A stretch of DNA of 64,000 bases from an uncultured cyanobacterium (GTDB taxonomy: Bacteria; Cyanobacteriota; Cyanobacteriia; Cyanobacteriales; Nostocaceae): NCBI GenBank assembly GCA_963740315.1, contig CAVUDP010000001.1, positions 832,001-896,000 of the forward strand. Direction: 5' to 3'. The translations under genes were made by a program, and so were the position numbers. Within the stretch, counting starts at the first letter, position 1, and each line of letters starts with the position of its first letter. Shown in pieces: positions 10,574-25,207 of the stretch. The notes below the pieces were generated by a model. It had not been told where the DNA came from. It saw nothing but the letters and a program-made list of their open reading frames with translations, and did not search any database.

Positions 10574-10775
10574 CTGAATTAAATGATGTTTGAGTAAATC
10601 CTCGTAATTGGACTAGTAAATCTTGAATTTCCTTTGCAGCCTCGGCAAGAGTTTTTTCTGATGCTTCGTTGTGTTGAATTCCAATTTGGTTGCCTTCTAT
10701 GTTGGTATCTCCCGCATTCAAGTTACCAACTTGATTAATCTTAAATTCATTTTGATATTTAGAAGTTTCTGACAT
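10560..10775 (-). pseudogene. N-terminal remnant of the NACHT-HEAT gene (N/Q/G motif plus TLAEAAKEIQDLL helix)
   Basis: Runs out of frame into post-NACHT sequence at about 10604; shares the motif with both downstream ORFs. Confidence 0.65.
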
Positions 10776-10795
10776 AGTTTTACCCGTACAAATTC

Positions 10796-11443
10796 CTATT
10801 TTTCTTCAATCCTCGTCTTTACCCAACCCCGAAAAGCTTTCATTATTTTATTTCTCCCCTCGCTTTTACTTCTTTCTAAATACTGGGGAATCACCTCACT
10901 CAAAGGAAAACCAGGAAAATGAGGACTTTCATTTACTTGAATATATTTACCCTTTCGCAAAACGTTAATTTCCAATTGCGTACCGTTAAATCGCCATAAT
11001 TCTTTTACACCTAATACTTCATAATTATCAAAACGAGTTCTAGATGTAATATCGATTTCCAAAGCTATATCTGGTGGAGGATCTATAGTTAAATCGATGC
11101 GCTTTTTACCCCGAATTGCTGCTTCATTTTCAATATAGAAACAATCATCTGCTTCTATACCCCGCTTCATGGTTTCGCTTTTAAAAGTTGTTGAACCTAA
11201 ACTTCTAAATTCAAGATCGAGTTCTTCGAGAAGTACTTTTACCAAGTCAGCAATAATAACTTTATCATCTTCATGCTCCGGTAAGGGAACCATGATTTCT
11301 AAAACTCCCTCACTATAATTAATCCGGGAACCCCGTTTTTCCCCAAACTCTTCTAAAAGTTGCTCGTACATCAACCAGCTAACATCAGTCATTATAAGTT
11401 GTTGTCCTGGAGGAACTACAATTTGTTCGAGTTGTACTTGCAT
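10796..11443 (-). CDS. Uma2 (DUF820) family putative endonuclease
   Basis: LEIMVPLPEHE, EADDCFYI, PPDIALEIDITS, LGVKELWR. Confidence 0.9.
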   Translation of the reverse strand: MQVQLEQIVVPPGQQLIMTDVSWLMYEQLLEEFGEKRGSRINYSEGVLEIMVPLPEHEDDKVIIADLVKVLLEELDLEFRSLGSTTFKSETMKRGIEADDCFYIENEAAIRGKKRIDLTIDPPPDIALEIDITSRTRFDNYEVLGVKELWRFNGTQLEINVLRKGKYIQVNESPHFPGFPLSEVIPQYLERSKSEGRNKIMKAFRGWVKTRIEEK

Positions 11444-11505
11444 AGTTTCCTTCCCCGGAGAGTTTTAACTTACTAATATTGTAAAAATTATTTTTGAATT
11501 TAAAT

Positions 11506-12036
11506 TCACCTTTTAGTCATAGCGATCGCCATATTAACCGTAAGTGGCAATTCCCCCAAAGTAGGTAAAATATCGTCTCCTGAAAGAACAACGGGTAATT
11601 CATCGCCAACCCAAACCCAAACTTGTTGACGAGTTATATCTATTAACCAAGCCAATTGCGTTCCATTGCTCAAACAGTGGAGAATTTTATTCTGTAAATC
11701 TATAGTACTTTGGTTCGGAGAACGAATTTCAATTAACCAATCCGGCGCTCCTTCAAAGGCTCCATCTTCATCAGAAATGCGATCGCTACTAATTACACAA
11801 ATATCCGATACTGGAGATAATGGAGGTACAATACACCGTAATTCTTGTATCGCTTCAAACTGCTCGGTATTGTTATTAATATAATTTACAATCTGGCGTT
11901 GCAACCGCGAATGAAAAAGAGTTGGCATCGGTTTTTGTAGCGCTTCCCCATTTATTAATTCCCATGCAGGGGAAGCCTCAATATTAGGTTGAGCAAGAAA
12001 TTCAGTTAAAGGTATTTTTGCAACCGACTTTATCAT
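11506..12036 (-). CDS. Uma2 (DUF820) family putative endonuclease
   Basis: KPMPTLFHSRLQ, APDWLIEIRSP, GTQLAWLID. Confidence 0.88.
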   Translation of the reverse strand: MIKSVAKIPLTEFLAQPNIEASPAWELINGEALQKPMPTLFHSRLQRQIVNYINNNTEQFEAIQELRCIVPPLSPVSDICVISSDRISDEDGAFEGAPDWLIEIRSPNQSTIDLQNKILHCLSNGTQLAWLIDITRQQVWVWVGDELPVVLSGDDILPTLGELPLTVNMAIAMTKR

Positions 12037-12256
12037 GAGCCGTTAATTAAGCTTGCTCGAATTTTACCATACCTATATCTCTCTATCCTCTTTTCTCTGC
12101 GCCCTCTGTGTCTCTGCGGTTTTTTTATCAGTAATCTTCTGACGCAATAGGAGTAATTACGAATTATTCTCCTCCTCTCCCCCTCTCTCCTCACGCTACC
12201 AACACCCTAAAAAGAATATGTTACTTAATAAGGTAGTTTCATTCACTAAACTCAAG

Positions 12257-12871
12257 ATGGTACAGACATCTATTAACCCAGAAACAGAAACCTTATTGCT
12301 TGAATTACCCAAAACAATTGGATTATACGTTACCCAAGAACAGTTTTTAGCTTTAAGTGCAGCAAACCGAGACTTGAAACTTGAAAGAAATGCGAAAGGA
12401 GAATTAATTGTGAATCCACCAACTGGTTGGGAAACTGGAGAGCGTAATATCAGCATTACCGGACAACTATATCGCTGGTACGAAGAAAACGAAAGTTTGG
12501 GTAAAGTTTTTGATTCTTCTACTGGCTTCATTTTACCCAACGGTGCTACTCGCTCCCCCGATGCTTCTTGGGTTTCTCAACAACGATGGGATGCACTTAC
12601 TTTAGAACAAAAAGGAACTTTTGCTAATATCTGTCCCGATTTTGTCGTTGAGTTACGCTCTAGCTCGGATAGAATTGAGCCTTTACAAGCTAAAATGAAG
12701 GAATATATAGACAATGGCGCGAAACTGGGTTGGTTGCTCAATCCACAAAATCGGCAAGTAGAAATTTATCGATCGCCTAAAACAGTAGAAGTATTGGAAA
12801 ATCCTACAGAATTATCTGGTGAAGATGTTTTACCTGGTTTTGTGCTGAATTTGCGTCGGGTGTGGAATTGA
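12257..12871 (+). CDS. Uma2 (DUF820) family putative endonuclease
   Basis: FDSSTGF, RSPDASWV, CPDFVVELRS, NGAKLGWL. Confidence 0.92.
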   Translation: MVQTSINPETETLLLELPKTIGLYVTQEQFLALSAANRDLKLERNAKGELIVNPPTGWETGERNISITGQLYRWYEENESLGKVFDSSTGFILPNGATRSPDASWVSQQRWDALTLEQKGTFANICPDFVVELRSSSDRIEPLQAKMKEYIDNGAKLGWLLNPQNRQVEIYRSPKTVEVLENPTELSGEDVLPGFVLNLRRVWN

Positions 12872-13350
12872 AAATTAATCCATATTTAAGAAGCTAATTT
12901 CAAATCTTCAACCTCAAAATTATGATTCTCCTGCCTCTAATACACTAATCCCCACTCAATAATTACTGAGTGAGGATTAATTTATATTTAGTTAAACTCG
13001 GTTTATTCACAACTTTTCTCCGAAGGAACAAAATTATGATAAACTTCATATTACGTTCGTGCCTAAAATCGAACGCAAAGACGAAACCCCTAGACTAGAT
13101 ACAGGGAACATCTACCTTTCTTTCAAGAAAATCTCAAGAAACTTCTATTCTTGAGTTAATTCTAATTAAAACTAAACTTCTGCAATATTAACCTTCTACC
13201 AATTTATATTGCTGATACAAATGATACCAAATAAAAGTAACATTTCGTTACATAATTTTGTTTGTATTAGTTTTATTTATGTAATTAAAAATTTATCGTT
13301 AAACAATATAGGCTATCAAGCATAGAAGTTAAACAATACAAAAAAATTCT

Positions 13351-14133
13351 ATGCAGCAATCTAATAGTAATTTTCAGGATATCCTACGGCAACTTGTAAC
13401 CCTAGCTGCTGTAGTAATTGCTTTTGTAGTCAACGTCTTATCAAACATTTTCCCGCTTAACGGACTTACAATTGGTGGAATATCGAATACTTTATTCAAA
13501 AACGTTTTAATAATTCCCGCTAACTATGCCTTTGCGATATGGGGATTAATTTACCTGGGATTATTTGCTTTCGCGATTTATCAAGTCTTACCTTCCCAAC
13601 GAGAGAATCCCAATTTACGTAAAACCGGATATTTATTAACAATTGCATCAGTAGCTCAAAGTATTTGGGTGTATCTATTTTTATCTCGGCTTTTCATGCT
13701 TTCAGTTATTGCAATGCTGTTAATTCTACTACCGTTAATTACCATGTATTTACGTTTGGGAATTGGTACACCTGCATCACGCGCCGAAAAATGGTTTATT
13801 CGTTACCCAATTAGCATTTACCTGGGTTGGATAAGCGTTGCGACTATCGTTAATATTGCCAGTGCTTTATATATTAATAATTGGAACGGTTTCGGTATAT
13901 CCCCCGAAATCTTGACTGCAATTATGGTAATTATTGCCACACTTATAGCTGCGATCGCACTTCTTCAACGTCAAGACATTGCTTATAGCGGTGTAACAGT
14001 ATGGGCATTAATTGCGATCGCCATAAAACACTGGGAAAATTTTATTTTGAGAATCCTAGCATTATTATGCGCTTTCCTAATCATTGCGATCGGCTTATTT
14101 TCAAAATTCACCCAATTAAAAGTTAAAAGTTAA
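13351..14133 (+). CDS. TspO/tryptophan-rich sensory-like membrane protein
   Basis: PANYAFAIWGLIY and ISIYLGWISVAT motifs; multiple TM segments. Confidence 0.75.
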   Translation: MQQSNSNFQDILRQLVTLAAVVIAFVVNVLSNIFPLNGLTIGGISNTLFKNVLIIPANYAFAIWGLIYLGLFAFAIYQVLPSQRENPNLRKTGYLLTIASVAQSIWVYLFLSRLFMLSVIAMLLILLPLITMYLRLGIGTPASRAEKWFIRYPISIYLGWISVATIVNIASALYINNWNGFGISPEILTAIMVIIATLIAAIALLQRQDIAYSGVTVWALIAIAIKHWENFILRILALLCAFLIIAIGLFSKFTQLKVKS

Positions 14134-14180
14134 ATAACTCAATACTCCTAACTCATCCCCTTGTCACCCCACGCCCAATT

Positions 14181-14555
14181 CTAAAGCGATTCTAAATAAC
14201 TCAATAAATCCGCCATTTCTCTAACGTTAGGCTGAAATTTGGGCATTGGAGGGGTATTTCCGTCAGTCACTTGGTGAATCAGTCCATAACGAGATTTACG
14301 TTTGGATACCCCTTTTAAAGAAGGACCTACACTTCCCGTTGCTTCCAAGCCGTGACAGCCAGCGCAGTTAATTTGAAAAATTGCATGTCCTTGAACGGGG
14401 TTTCCTACTGTAGATAATACAGTTTTAATATAGGGGTCGGAAGTTCTTACCATATTTACAGCAAAAATGCTTAAAAGAATTGTTAGCAAAACGGAAACCG
14501 CGAATAACGCGATTCGCCCCATCAGAATGTCCGGTTTGGTAATCTGGTTATCCAA
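14181..14555 (-). CDS. cytM: Cytochrome cM
   Basis: CAGCH heme motif, DPYIKTVL, VGPSL, TPPMPKFQP; TTG start at 14555 (ORF open to 14570). Confidence 0.88.
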   Translation of the reverse strand: MDNQITKPDILMGRIALFAVSVLLTILLSIFAVNMVRTSDPYIKTVLSTVGNPVQGHAIFQINCAGCHGLEATGSVGPSLKGVSKRKSRYGLIHQVTDGNTPPMPKFQPNVREMADLLSYLESL

Positions 14556-14764
14556 AAGGTTTGCTGTCAAAGTCGGTGTCTACAAAAATATTTCATTTCA
14601 TACACATAGCTTAAAAGTTCTTGACGGTCTGTGCAAGCACTAATCGCCGTTTTTTGCGGGTTAAATGTGGCTCTAATTCACTCACTGACCGCTTTTTGCC
14701 GCTTATAGTGGTAAAATCAAAGATAGTAAACAAATATGAAATCTATTGCAATAAGGAGAATCTA

Positions 14765-14878
14765 ATGGTTGAACCGTTACTTGACGGCATGGTTCTAGGT
14801 TTAGTTTTCGTTACTTTGGCTGGTTTGTTTTACAAAGCTTACGAGCAATACAAACGCGGCAACGAACTCGGACTGTAA
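14765..14878 (+). CDS. petG: Cytochrome b6f subunit V (PetG)
   Basis: [37 protein letters not shown] with AAGGAG RBS. Confidence 0.95.
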   Translation: MVEPLLDGMVLGLVFVTLAGLFYKAYEQYKRGNELGL

Positions 14879-15160
14879 CAGCGAGCAGTTACCAGTTATC
14901 AGCGATCGGTTCCTGGTAATTGGTAAGTATTGTTTCTCAAAGGGGACTAAAACCAAATCTTCATTTAGTCCTCTTCTAGAGGACTTTTGCTATTTAACAG
15001 TGGTTTTCAACTTTCAAGCGGATAAACCAAGTTTATAAAATGCTGGTTACGAAAAAGAATTATTGGTGAAAAAAACTTCAAACTCCAACCTTAGTGGTTA
15101 CAAAAAAAAGTAGCCTATTAAAAAGCAGAATTATATTATGTACTGGTAACTGGTCACTGG

Positions 15161-15700
15161 TCACTGATAACTGTAAAAACTCACAGCAGTATTACCATAA
15201 ACTTTTTGACGGCAGATTTCTAACTCTGGTATTTGTGGTGGTGTGAATAATTTAGGGTTGTATTCTACCGCAACTTCTCCATTGATATCTAAAAGCTTGT
15301 AGCGAATGATGGCTTCTAAAACTGGTTTGTATAAATCGCTTGCATAAGGTGGGTCAAAATAAATTCTATCAAACTGTTGTTCGCTGAGTTTAGGCAACTG
15401 CTGTAAAATGTCTCCTTGTAAAAGTTTCCATTCTTGTTCGGAACTTGCTACTTTTTGCCAATTTTGGGTTATAATACCGCAGGCACTTTTAGACTTTTCA
15501 ACACCAACTACAACGCTTGCTCCTCGACACAAAGCTTCCGCACCCATAGAACCCGTTCCGGTGCATAAATCTAACCAGCGACAATCTGCAATTGCAACTT
15601 GCCAGATATTAAATATAGCTTCTCTTACTCGTGCTAGAGTAGGTCTGGTTTGCTTCCCTGGTAATGTTTTTAATTGACGATTTCCGTAGATTCTTAGCAT
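15161..15700 (-). CDS. rsmD: 16S rRNA (guanine966-N2)-methyltransferase
   Basis: TRPTLARVREAIFNI, LDLCTGTGSMGAEALCRGA, DPPY. Confidence 0.92.
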   Translation of the reverse strand: MLRIYGNRQLKTLPGKQTRPTLARVREAIFNIWQVAIADCRWLDLCTGTGSMGAEALCRGASVVVGVEKSKSACGIITQNWQKVASSEQEWKLLQGDILQQLPKLSEQQFDRIYFDPPYASDLYKPVLEAIIRYKLLDINGEVAVEYNPKLFTPPQIPELEICRQKVYGNTAVSFYSYQ

Positions 15701-15857
15701 TCCGGATTTTCGTGTTGTTCGGGATCTTAGCGACAATAGTACTTTTTACTGCCGAATATAGAATATAGCAGAAAAACACGAATTGAATTGTTGCATTAAA
15801 TTTGAATTGTTTGCATTGGCAATTGAATGTAAGATACTTGCAAATTAATTAAACAGC

Positions 15858-16493
15858 TTAAACAGCGATTTTTTCACGTACCTGAGAGACAAAATTAGAA
15901 AGGATTTGTAGTCCAACGTTAGAGGATTTTTCGGGGTGAAATTGAACTGCGGTGACATTATCGTAAGCGATCGCAGCAGTTACAGTTTGACTACCGTGAG
16001 TTACAGTTGCGGCATTAATTTTTTTATTTACTGGATCGACGTAGAAAGAATGGACAAAATATACCCAAGGTTGGGGTGGTAAATGCTCCCATAAAAGTGA
16101 CGTTGGCTGAGTTATTTCTAATTGATTCCAACCCATATGAGGAATTCTGATCTGCGACTCGGTATGAAAGCGCCTCACTTTTCCTTTGATGATTCCTAAT
16201 CCATTTTCAACTCCTTCCTCGGATGATTCAAAAAGAATTTGCATTCCCAGACAGATTCCTAAGAAAGGTTTTCCTTGAGCAATGACATCTTTAATTGGTT
16301 CGATCAAACCTCGCGATCGTAAAGAACGCATTGCTGGATCGAATGCACCAACTCCAGGTAATACAACTGCCATAGCTTTTTCCAAATCTTTTGGTGAACT
16401 TGTAATTTTAGGAGTTGCACCGGCTTTTTCTAAAGCTTTACAAACTGAGTGCAAATTACCCATGTCATAATCAATTACTGCAATTACCGCCAT
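15858..16493 (-). CDS. hisH: Imidazole glycerol phosphate synthase glutaminase subunit
   Basis: IDYDMGNL, PGVG, GICLGMQ, QFHPEKS. Confidence 0.97.
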   Translation of the reverse strand: MAVIAVIDYDMGNLHSVCKALEKAGATPKITSSPKDLEKAMAVVLPGVGAFDPAMRSLRSRGLIEPIKDVIAQGKPFLGICLGMQILFESSEEGVENGLGIIKGKVRRFHTESQIRIPHMGWNQLEITQPTSLLWEHLPPQPWVYFVHSFYVDPVNKKINAATVTHGSQTVTAAIAYDNVTAVQFHPEKSSNVGLQILSNFVSQVREKIAV

Positions 16494-17261
16494 TAACCTA
16501 CTCCCGATAATTTACTAGATGGAGGGTGAACCTATTTTAAATAATAAATTTGATGACGCAAAGATTGCTATTAACTTATGAACAAATTTTGGCTTATCTG
16601 TTACAAATCAATTTGTTCTGATGACTTACTGCTTAAAATTGCTTTACATAGCTAGAGGGTATGGTTGATTTGATTTTGCCGCACTAAACTTACCTATAAA
16701 TTTACAACTTGTTGGTTTAAGAGAAATTAAAAAACAGTGAACTTTTAACTCTATGCTATTCCAAGCAGCTCAAAGATGCAAAGTCATAAGCCAAACACAA
16801 TAGAAAATTTAGTGGAAAGAGTAACAGCAACTATGCAGGAAGCCTGCTTTTTTAGAAGACTTGACACAGATACAAATAAAGACTTACATACAAATTCCGA
16901 TAGTTTTAAATAAGTATCTAATAAGTACTATAGTACAGATATATTCCGTATTAAGTAAATCAAAAAGGATTTGCAGAAAATGTGTTGCATACAACTGTTG
17001 ATTTCAACCAATGAAAAGCCCTGGAGTAAGGCAGTTGAGATCGAATACCGTTCGGGAAAATAAAAAGGAAAATGATTTTATTATTTAATTTTAGATAGCT
17101 GGCTACAACAGCAAATTTAAGGTTGTTGTATATCGACCGCCGTTATTTTTTTAACAAAAAAAATATGATAATTTATTGCCAATCCCCGAACAATTAGAAG
17201 GTAGGTAGGCACTTTGATCTATATAGGTGCGTCTTTAATCAAACGAAAAAGCGAATCTTAT

Positions 17262-18623
17262 ATGTTTTCTTTCTTACTCAATTTTCCTATCGCTCAAACA
17301 ACTCCTCTTCCACCTCCACCTGTAGAAGTAGTACAACCGCAACAAGTGCGTCCTTTACCGGGTAAACTTGATGATGTCCCGGTTTTTAATAGCAACAGTC
17401 CGGAATTAGTTCTCGAAGAAGGAATTCTGCTTTCAACATTTCGGGGGAGAAGAAAGAAAGTACCCGAAGCGCACCTTAATTTCCCTTTCAAAGGAAGATT
17501 TGATATATTTGCTCATCATGTTGCCAAAGCATCCGAACCTTCGGATTTAAGAACTTTATATCTGGGGATAATGCTGCATAACCCCACCTCGCAACCTGTA
17601 ACGGTAAATGTATTACACGCAGCGAGTTATTTAAGTCAACCGGATGCGCCATTCATTGATTTACCATCCCAAAAAAATAATTATTTTGGTACGGTGTTTT
17701 CTGGTCCTGGAAGTCGGGTTATGAGCGATATTCTTAGAAAACGCCGTCAATCGTCTTTACCCACTCAATTAATAATTCCAGCAGGGGAAAGTCGAATGTT
17801 ATTAAACGCACCAATTCCTGTTAAAGAACTGGAGCCACCTATTAATGGACGTTCTACTTTAATAAGATTGTGGAGTAGTGGTAAGGTATATGCTGCTTCT
17901 TTAGCAATGTTTGCACCAAAAAACGTTAATGGAAGCGAGCGTGCCCCAACATTACAAGAATGGCAAAATTTACTTGATAAAGGTAACTTAGCAGGACCAA
18001 GAGATAAAGCACCTACTCCACCAGAAGACATCGACAAACCAATTATTTACGGAAGAGTCTCCGGAGTTGCAAAAGGTTCTCAATGGAATTCTTTAGTCGT
18101 CGATCGCCCTAAAAAGACTTATCTTACAATTCCTCAATCGGGTGAAGCTTTTTCCTACGGTATTGCTACCCTACATCGCGGAACATTAGGAACCAACCAA
18201 ATTCAAAGTGCCCAGATGTTAGCACGCTATCCCGACACTGCATATTACGCTCACGGAAACTATGGGATTTTATACAGTTTGCAGTTACCTTTATTAAATA
18301 AATCGGATACACCGCAAACTGTTAAAGTATCATTGCAAACACCGATAAAAGAAGATAAATTAACCCAAAACGGGTTACGCTTCTTTGATAATCCAGATAA
18401 AAGAGTATTTTTTCGCGGTACGGTAAGGGTGCGTTATACAGATGACAGAGGATTACCCCGTACCCGCTACTTACATTTGGTACAAAATAGAGGCGATCGA
18501 GGCGAACCCTTAACAATATTAAATATGAAACCAGGTGATAAGAGACTTGTAGAAGTTGATTTACTGTATCCCCCAGATGCGACACCACCGCAGGTACTTA
18601 CAGTTGAAACGGAAAAGAAGTAA
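17262..18623 (+). CDS. DUF3370 family cyanobacterial protein
   Basis: VRPLPGKLD.VPVFNSNSPE, FDIFAHH, AHGNYG, YPPDATPPQVLTV. Confidence 0.8.
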   Translation: MFSFLLNFPIAQTTPLPPPPVEVVQPQQVRPLPGKLDDVPVFNSNSPELVLEEGILLSTFRGRRKKVPEAHLNFPFKGRFDIFAHHVAKASEPSDLRTLYLGIMLHNPTSQPVTVNVLHAASYLSQPDAPFIDLPSQKNNYFGTVFSGPGSRVMSDILRKRRQSSLPTQLIIPAGESRMLLNAPIPVKELEPPINGRSTLIRLWSSGKVYAASLAMFAPKNVNGSERAPTLQEWQNLLDKGNLAGPRDKAPTPPEDIDKPIIYGRVSGVAKGSQWNSLVVDRPKKTYLTIPQSGEAFSYGIATLHRGTLGTNQIQSAQMLARYPDTAYYAHGNYGILYSLQLPLLNKSDTPQTVKVSLQTPIKEDKLTQNGLRFFDNPDKRVFFRGTVRVRYTDDRGLPRTRYLHLVQNRGDRGEPLTILNMKPGDKRLVEVDLLYPPDATPPQVLTVETEKK

Positions 18624-18638
18624 GAATTAGTTTTTCTT

Positions 18639-18706
18639 GTAGGGTGTGTTAGACCCACGATTATGTATCATTTAAAACGATAATCTATCTACGGGTCTAA
18701 CGCACC
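18639..18706 (+). repeat. GTAG-type REP with long loop
   Basis: GTAG GGTGTGTTA GACCC-(36 nt)-GGGTC TAACGCACC. Confidence 0.75.
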
Positions 18707-18817
18707 ATCCTGATTTAGTGGATGACGGCAAAAGATAAAATGACGCTACAAATATCTGGGTTAAAGCGGGTTGGTAAATGAGTTATCTTTAAATTTATTA
18801 ATGAATTGAAGCAAATT

Positions 18818-19216
18818 ATGACTGCTGAGGAATTGTTGCAACGTTATATTGCTGGAGGAAGAAATTTTAGCGGAATTGTTATTAGTGAATTGCGTGAAGG
18901 TTTGTTCAGAGGTATTAACCTCAGCGATATTAATCTGGAGGGTTCCTCTATTGATATTGATTTCAGTGGTGCTATTTTGAGAAGAGCTAATTTGCGATAC
19001 AGTGTCTGGCACTTTTGGAAGTGGGAAAACGTTGACTTAAGTGGTTCCGATATGACTGGGATCAACAATATTTGCACTTGTATTTTCGTTCGCTGTAACT
19101 TCAGTAATACTATCTGGGATCAAGCCGACCTGTTTCAATCTACTTTTAAAGATTGCGACCTGCTTGGTGCTAACTTCGATAATACCAAGTTTAGTGAAGT
19201 TGACCTGTATGGGTAA
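18818..19216 (+). CDS. Pentapeptide-repeat protein
   Basis: MTAEELLQRYIAGGRNFSG N-terminus plus degenerate pentapeptide repeats. Confidence 0.8.
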   Translation: MTAEELLQRYIAGGRNFSGIVISELREGLFRGINLSDINLEGSSIDIDFSGAILRRANLRYSVWHFWKWENVDLSGSDMTGINNICTCIFVRCNFSNTIWDQADLFQSTFKDCDLLGANFDNTKFSEVDLYG

Positions 19217-19264
19217 ATTTTGAGAAAGCTGGCAAATGAAATCTAATCAAAATAATCTAAATAT

Positions 19265-19301
19265 AAAAAAACCCCTCTGAATATCACAGAAGGGTTTTTT
19301 T
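19265..19301. terminator. Bidirectional intrinsic terminator downstream of the rRNA operon
   Basis: A-run, CCC..TCTG/CAGA..GGG stem, T-run. Confidence 0.75.
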
Positions 19302-19325
19302 ATTCTATCTTGTTTGAATTAAAAA

Positions 19326-19443
19326 CCTGGCACCGAGCTATTTTCACAGGAGGCAACCCTCCAACTATCGTCGCCGCAACAGCGTTTCACCTCTGAGTTC
19401 GGGATGGAGTCAGTGTGGTTCCACCGCGCCATAGGCACCAGGA
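19326..19443 (-). rRNA. rrf: 5S rRNA
   Basis: Reverse complement TCCTGGTGCCTATGGCGCGGTGGAACCAC...GGTGCCAGG. Confidence 0.95.
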
Positions 19444-19534
19444 AACTTGTAGGGAATACAGAATCCCTGAAGGCTGCATATTCACGCTATTTGTAATGAT
19501 TGTTATCTTTAATACATTGAACATCAATTGATAG

Positions 19535-22352
<2,818 letters not shown>

Positions 22353-22554
22353 ACATTGATGTTCCAATACAATCATTTTGACAAAATAGGATATCTAGAT
22401 ACAATATCTAATTACTTTTACGCAATTAAACACTACCTAAAATCATTTTCGCGTGAATATGCAGTTTTCAAGGTTCTGACTGGATAACAATCCAGCATTC
22501 CGACTTTTATTAGTCTGGGTGCTGAAATTCCATACTTATGATGAATAAAAATTT

Positions 22555-22630
22555 TGGTGGAGGTAAGCGGACTCGAACCGCTGACATCTGCCTTGCAAAG
22601 GCAGCGCTCTACCAACTGAGCTATACCCCC
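22555..22630 (-). tRNA. tRNA-Ala(TGC), CCA encoded
   Basis: GGGGGTATAGCTCAGTTGGTAGAGCGCTGCCTTTGCAAGGCAG...CCTCCACCA. Confidence 0.97.
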
Positions 22631-22709
22631 ATCTACAGCTAAGAGTTATCAATTACCAGTTATCAAATTAATTGAATACTGTTCACTGTTCACTGCTCAC
22701 TGTTTCAGG

Positions 22710-22783
<74 letters not shown>

Positions 22784-22964
22784 ATAAGTGATAATCAATT
22801 AACTAATCAATTTATATTATTAAATATAATTAACTAATTAATTACCGAACCTATAATTGTTTGAAAGCCAAAAGTAATACCTAATCTACGTTACGACCTA
22901 GGATGTACCTTCTCATCATCTAATGGCAAATTGCTTTTAATGTATGAGTGGTTAGGTCTCCCTA

Positions 22965-24450
<1,486 letters not shown>

Positions 24451-24663
24451 TGATGGATACAATACTTAGCTCACAGTTAAATACATAACTAACTAAGCAT
24501 TGTTTTGTCCTTGACTAACTGATTTAAACCTCAGTTGTGGTTAATTACTTTACTAACGCAGACCATTTATGGTATACTGGCTTTCAAACAAATATATAAT
24601 TTTCTTGGTTCGGAACCCTTGAGGAGTCGGCGTTTCGCGTTTCTCTCTCTCAGGCACTTATAC

Positions 24664-24692
24664 ATAGTACCGAGAGAACCTATTCGTGTCAA
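24664..24692 (-). promoter_or_regulatory. Sigma70-type rrn promoter
   Basis: TTGACA (24692-24687), 17-nt spacer, TACTAT (24669-24664), upstream of 16S. Confidence 0.8.
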
Positions 24693-25207
24693 CACTTTTT
24701 TCAAAGTTTTTTGGAAAATATTTTAGTCGATTGCTAGAAGCCTTACGTTTCAAAGGTTTTGAGGTTAATTTTTTTTTAGATTTTTTTTGAAAAAGTCCTC
24801 GGTGGGAATAAACTTTGCTGGTTTAGCTCTATGGCGAACAAAATAACTGGCGGATTTTGATTTGAGATGCTCCAAGTTGGGGCTTGAAACCTTGGAAGCC
24901 ATACATGAATATTTAAAGCTGGCGGTTAAAGCCGCGCCTACACAAGCAAAGTCCGCCTGCGCGGACTATATATATGAGAATTCTTTTTTGATGTTTGGCT
25001 GTTGAAACCATTGTTAGACAAGCAAAGTCCGCCTGCTCGGACTATATATATAGAGATTTGGAGTAAGTCAAGACTTGTAACTGTAGTGTTTCGCCAAAGT
25101 TTCAACAGTTTGGTTTTAGTTAAAGGTGTTTGCGATTCAAGCCTTACTAAGGACTGAAGGTGAAATAATATAGTATTGATGAACTAATCAATTTACTAAA
25201 CTGCCCT

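Noticed and set aside
13020..13130. GC-richer patch with small hairpins (possible riboswitch or sRNA)
   Set aside because: No complete match to any RNA motif I can recognise; it needs an Rfam search.
14621..14764. 85-aa ORF extension upstream of petG
   Set aside because: PetG starts at ATG 14765 with its own RBS.
24720..25160. CRISPR-leader-like look upstream of the rRNA promoter
   Set aside because: No repeat-spacer array follows; it contains only dispersed short repeats.
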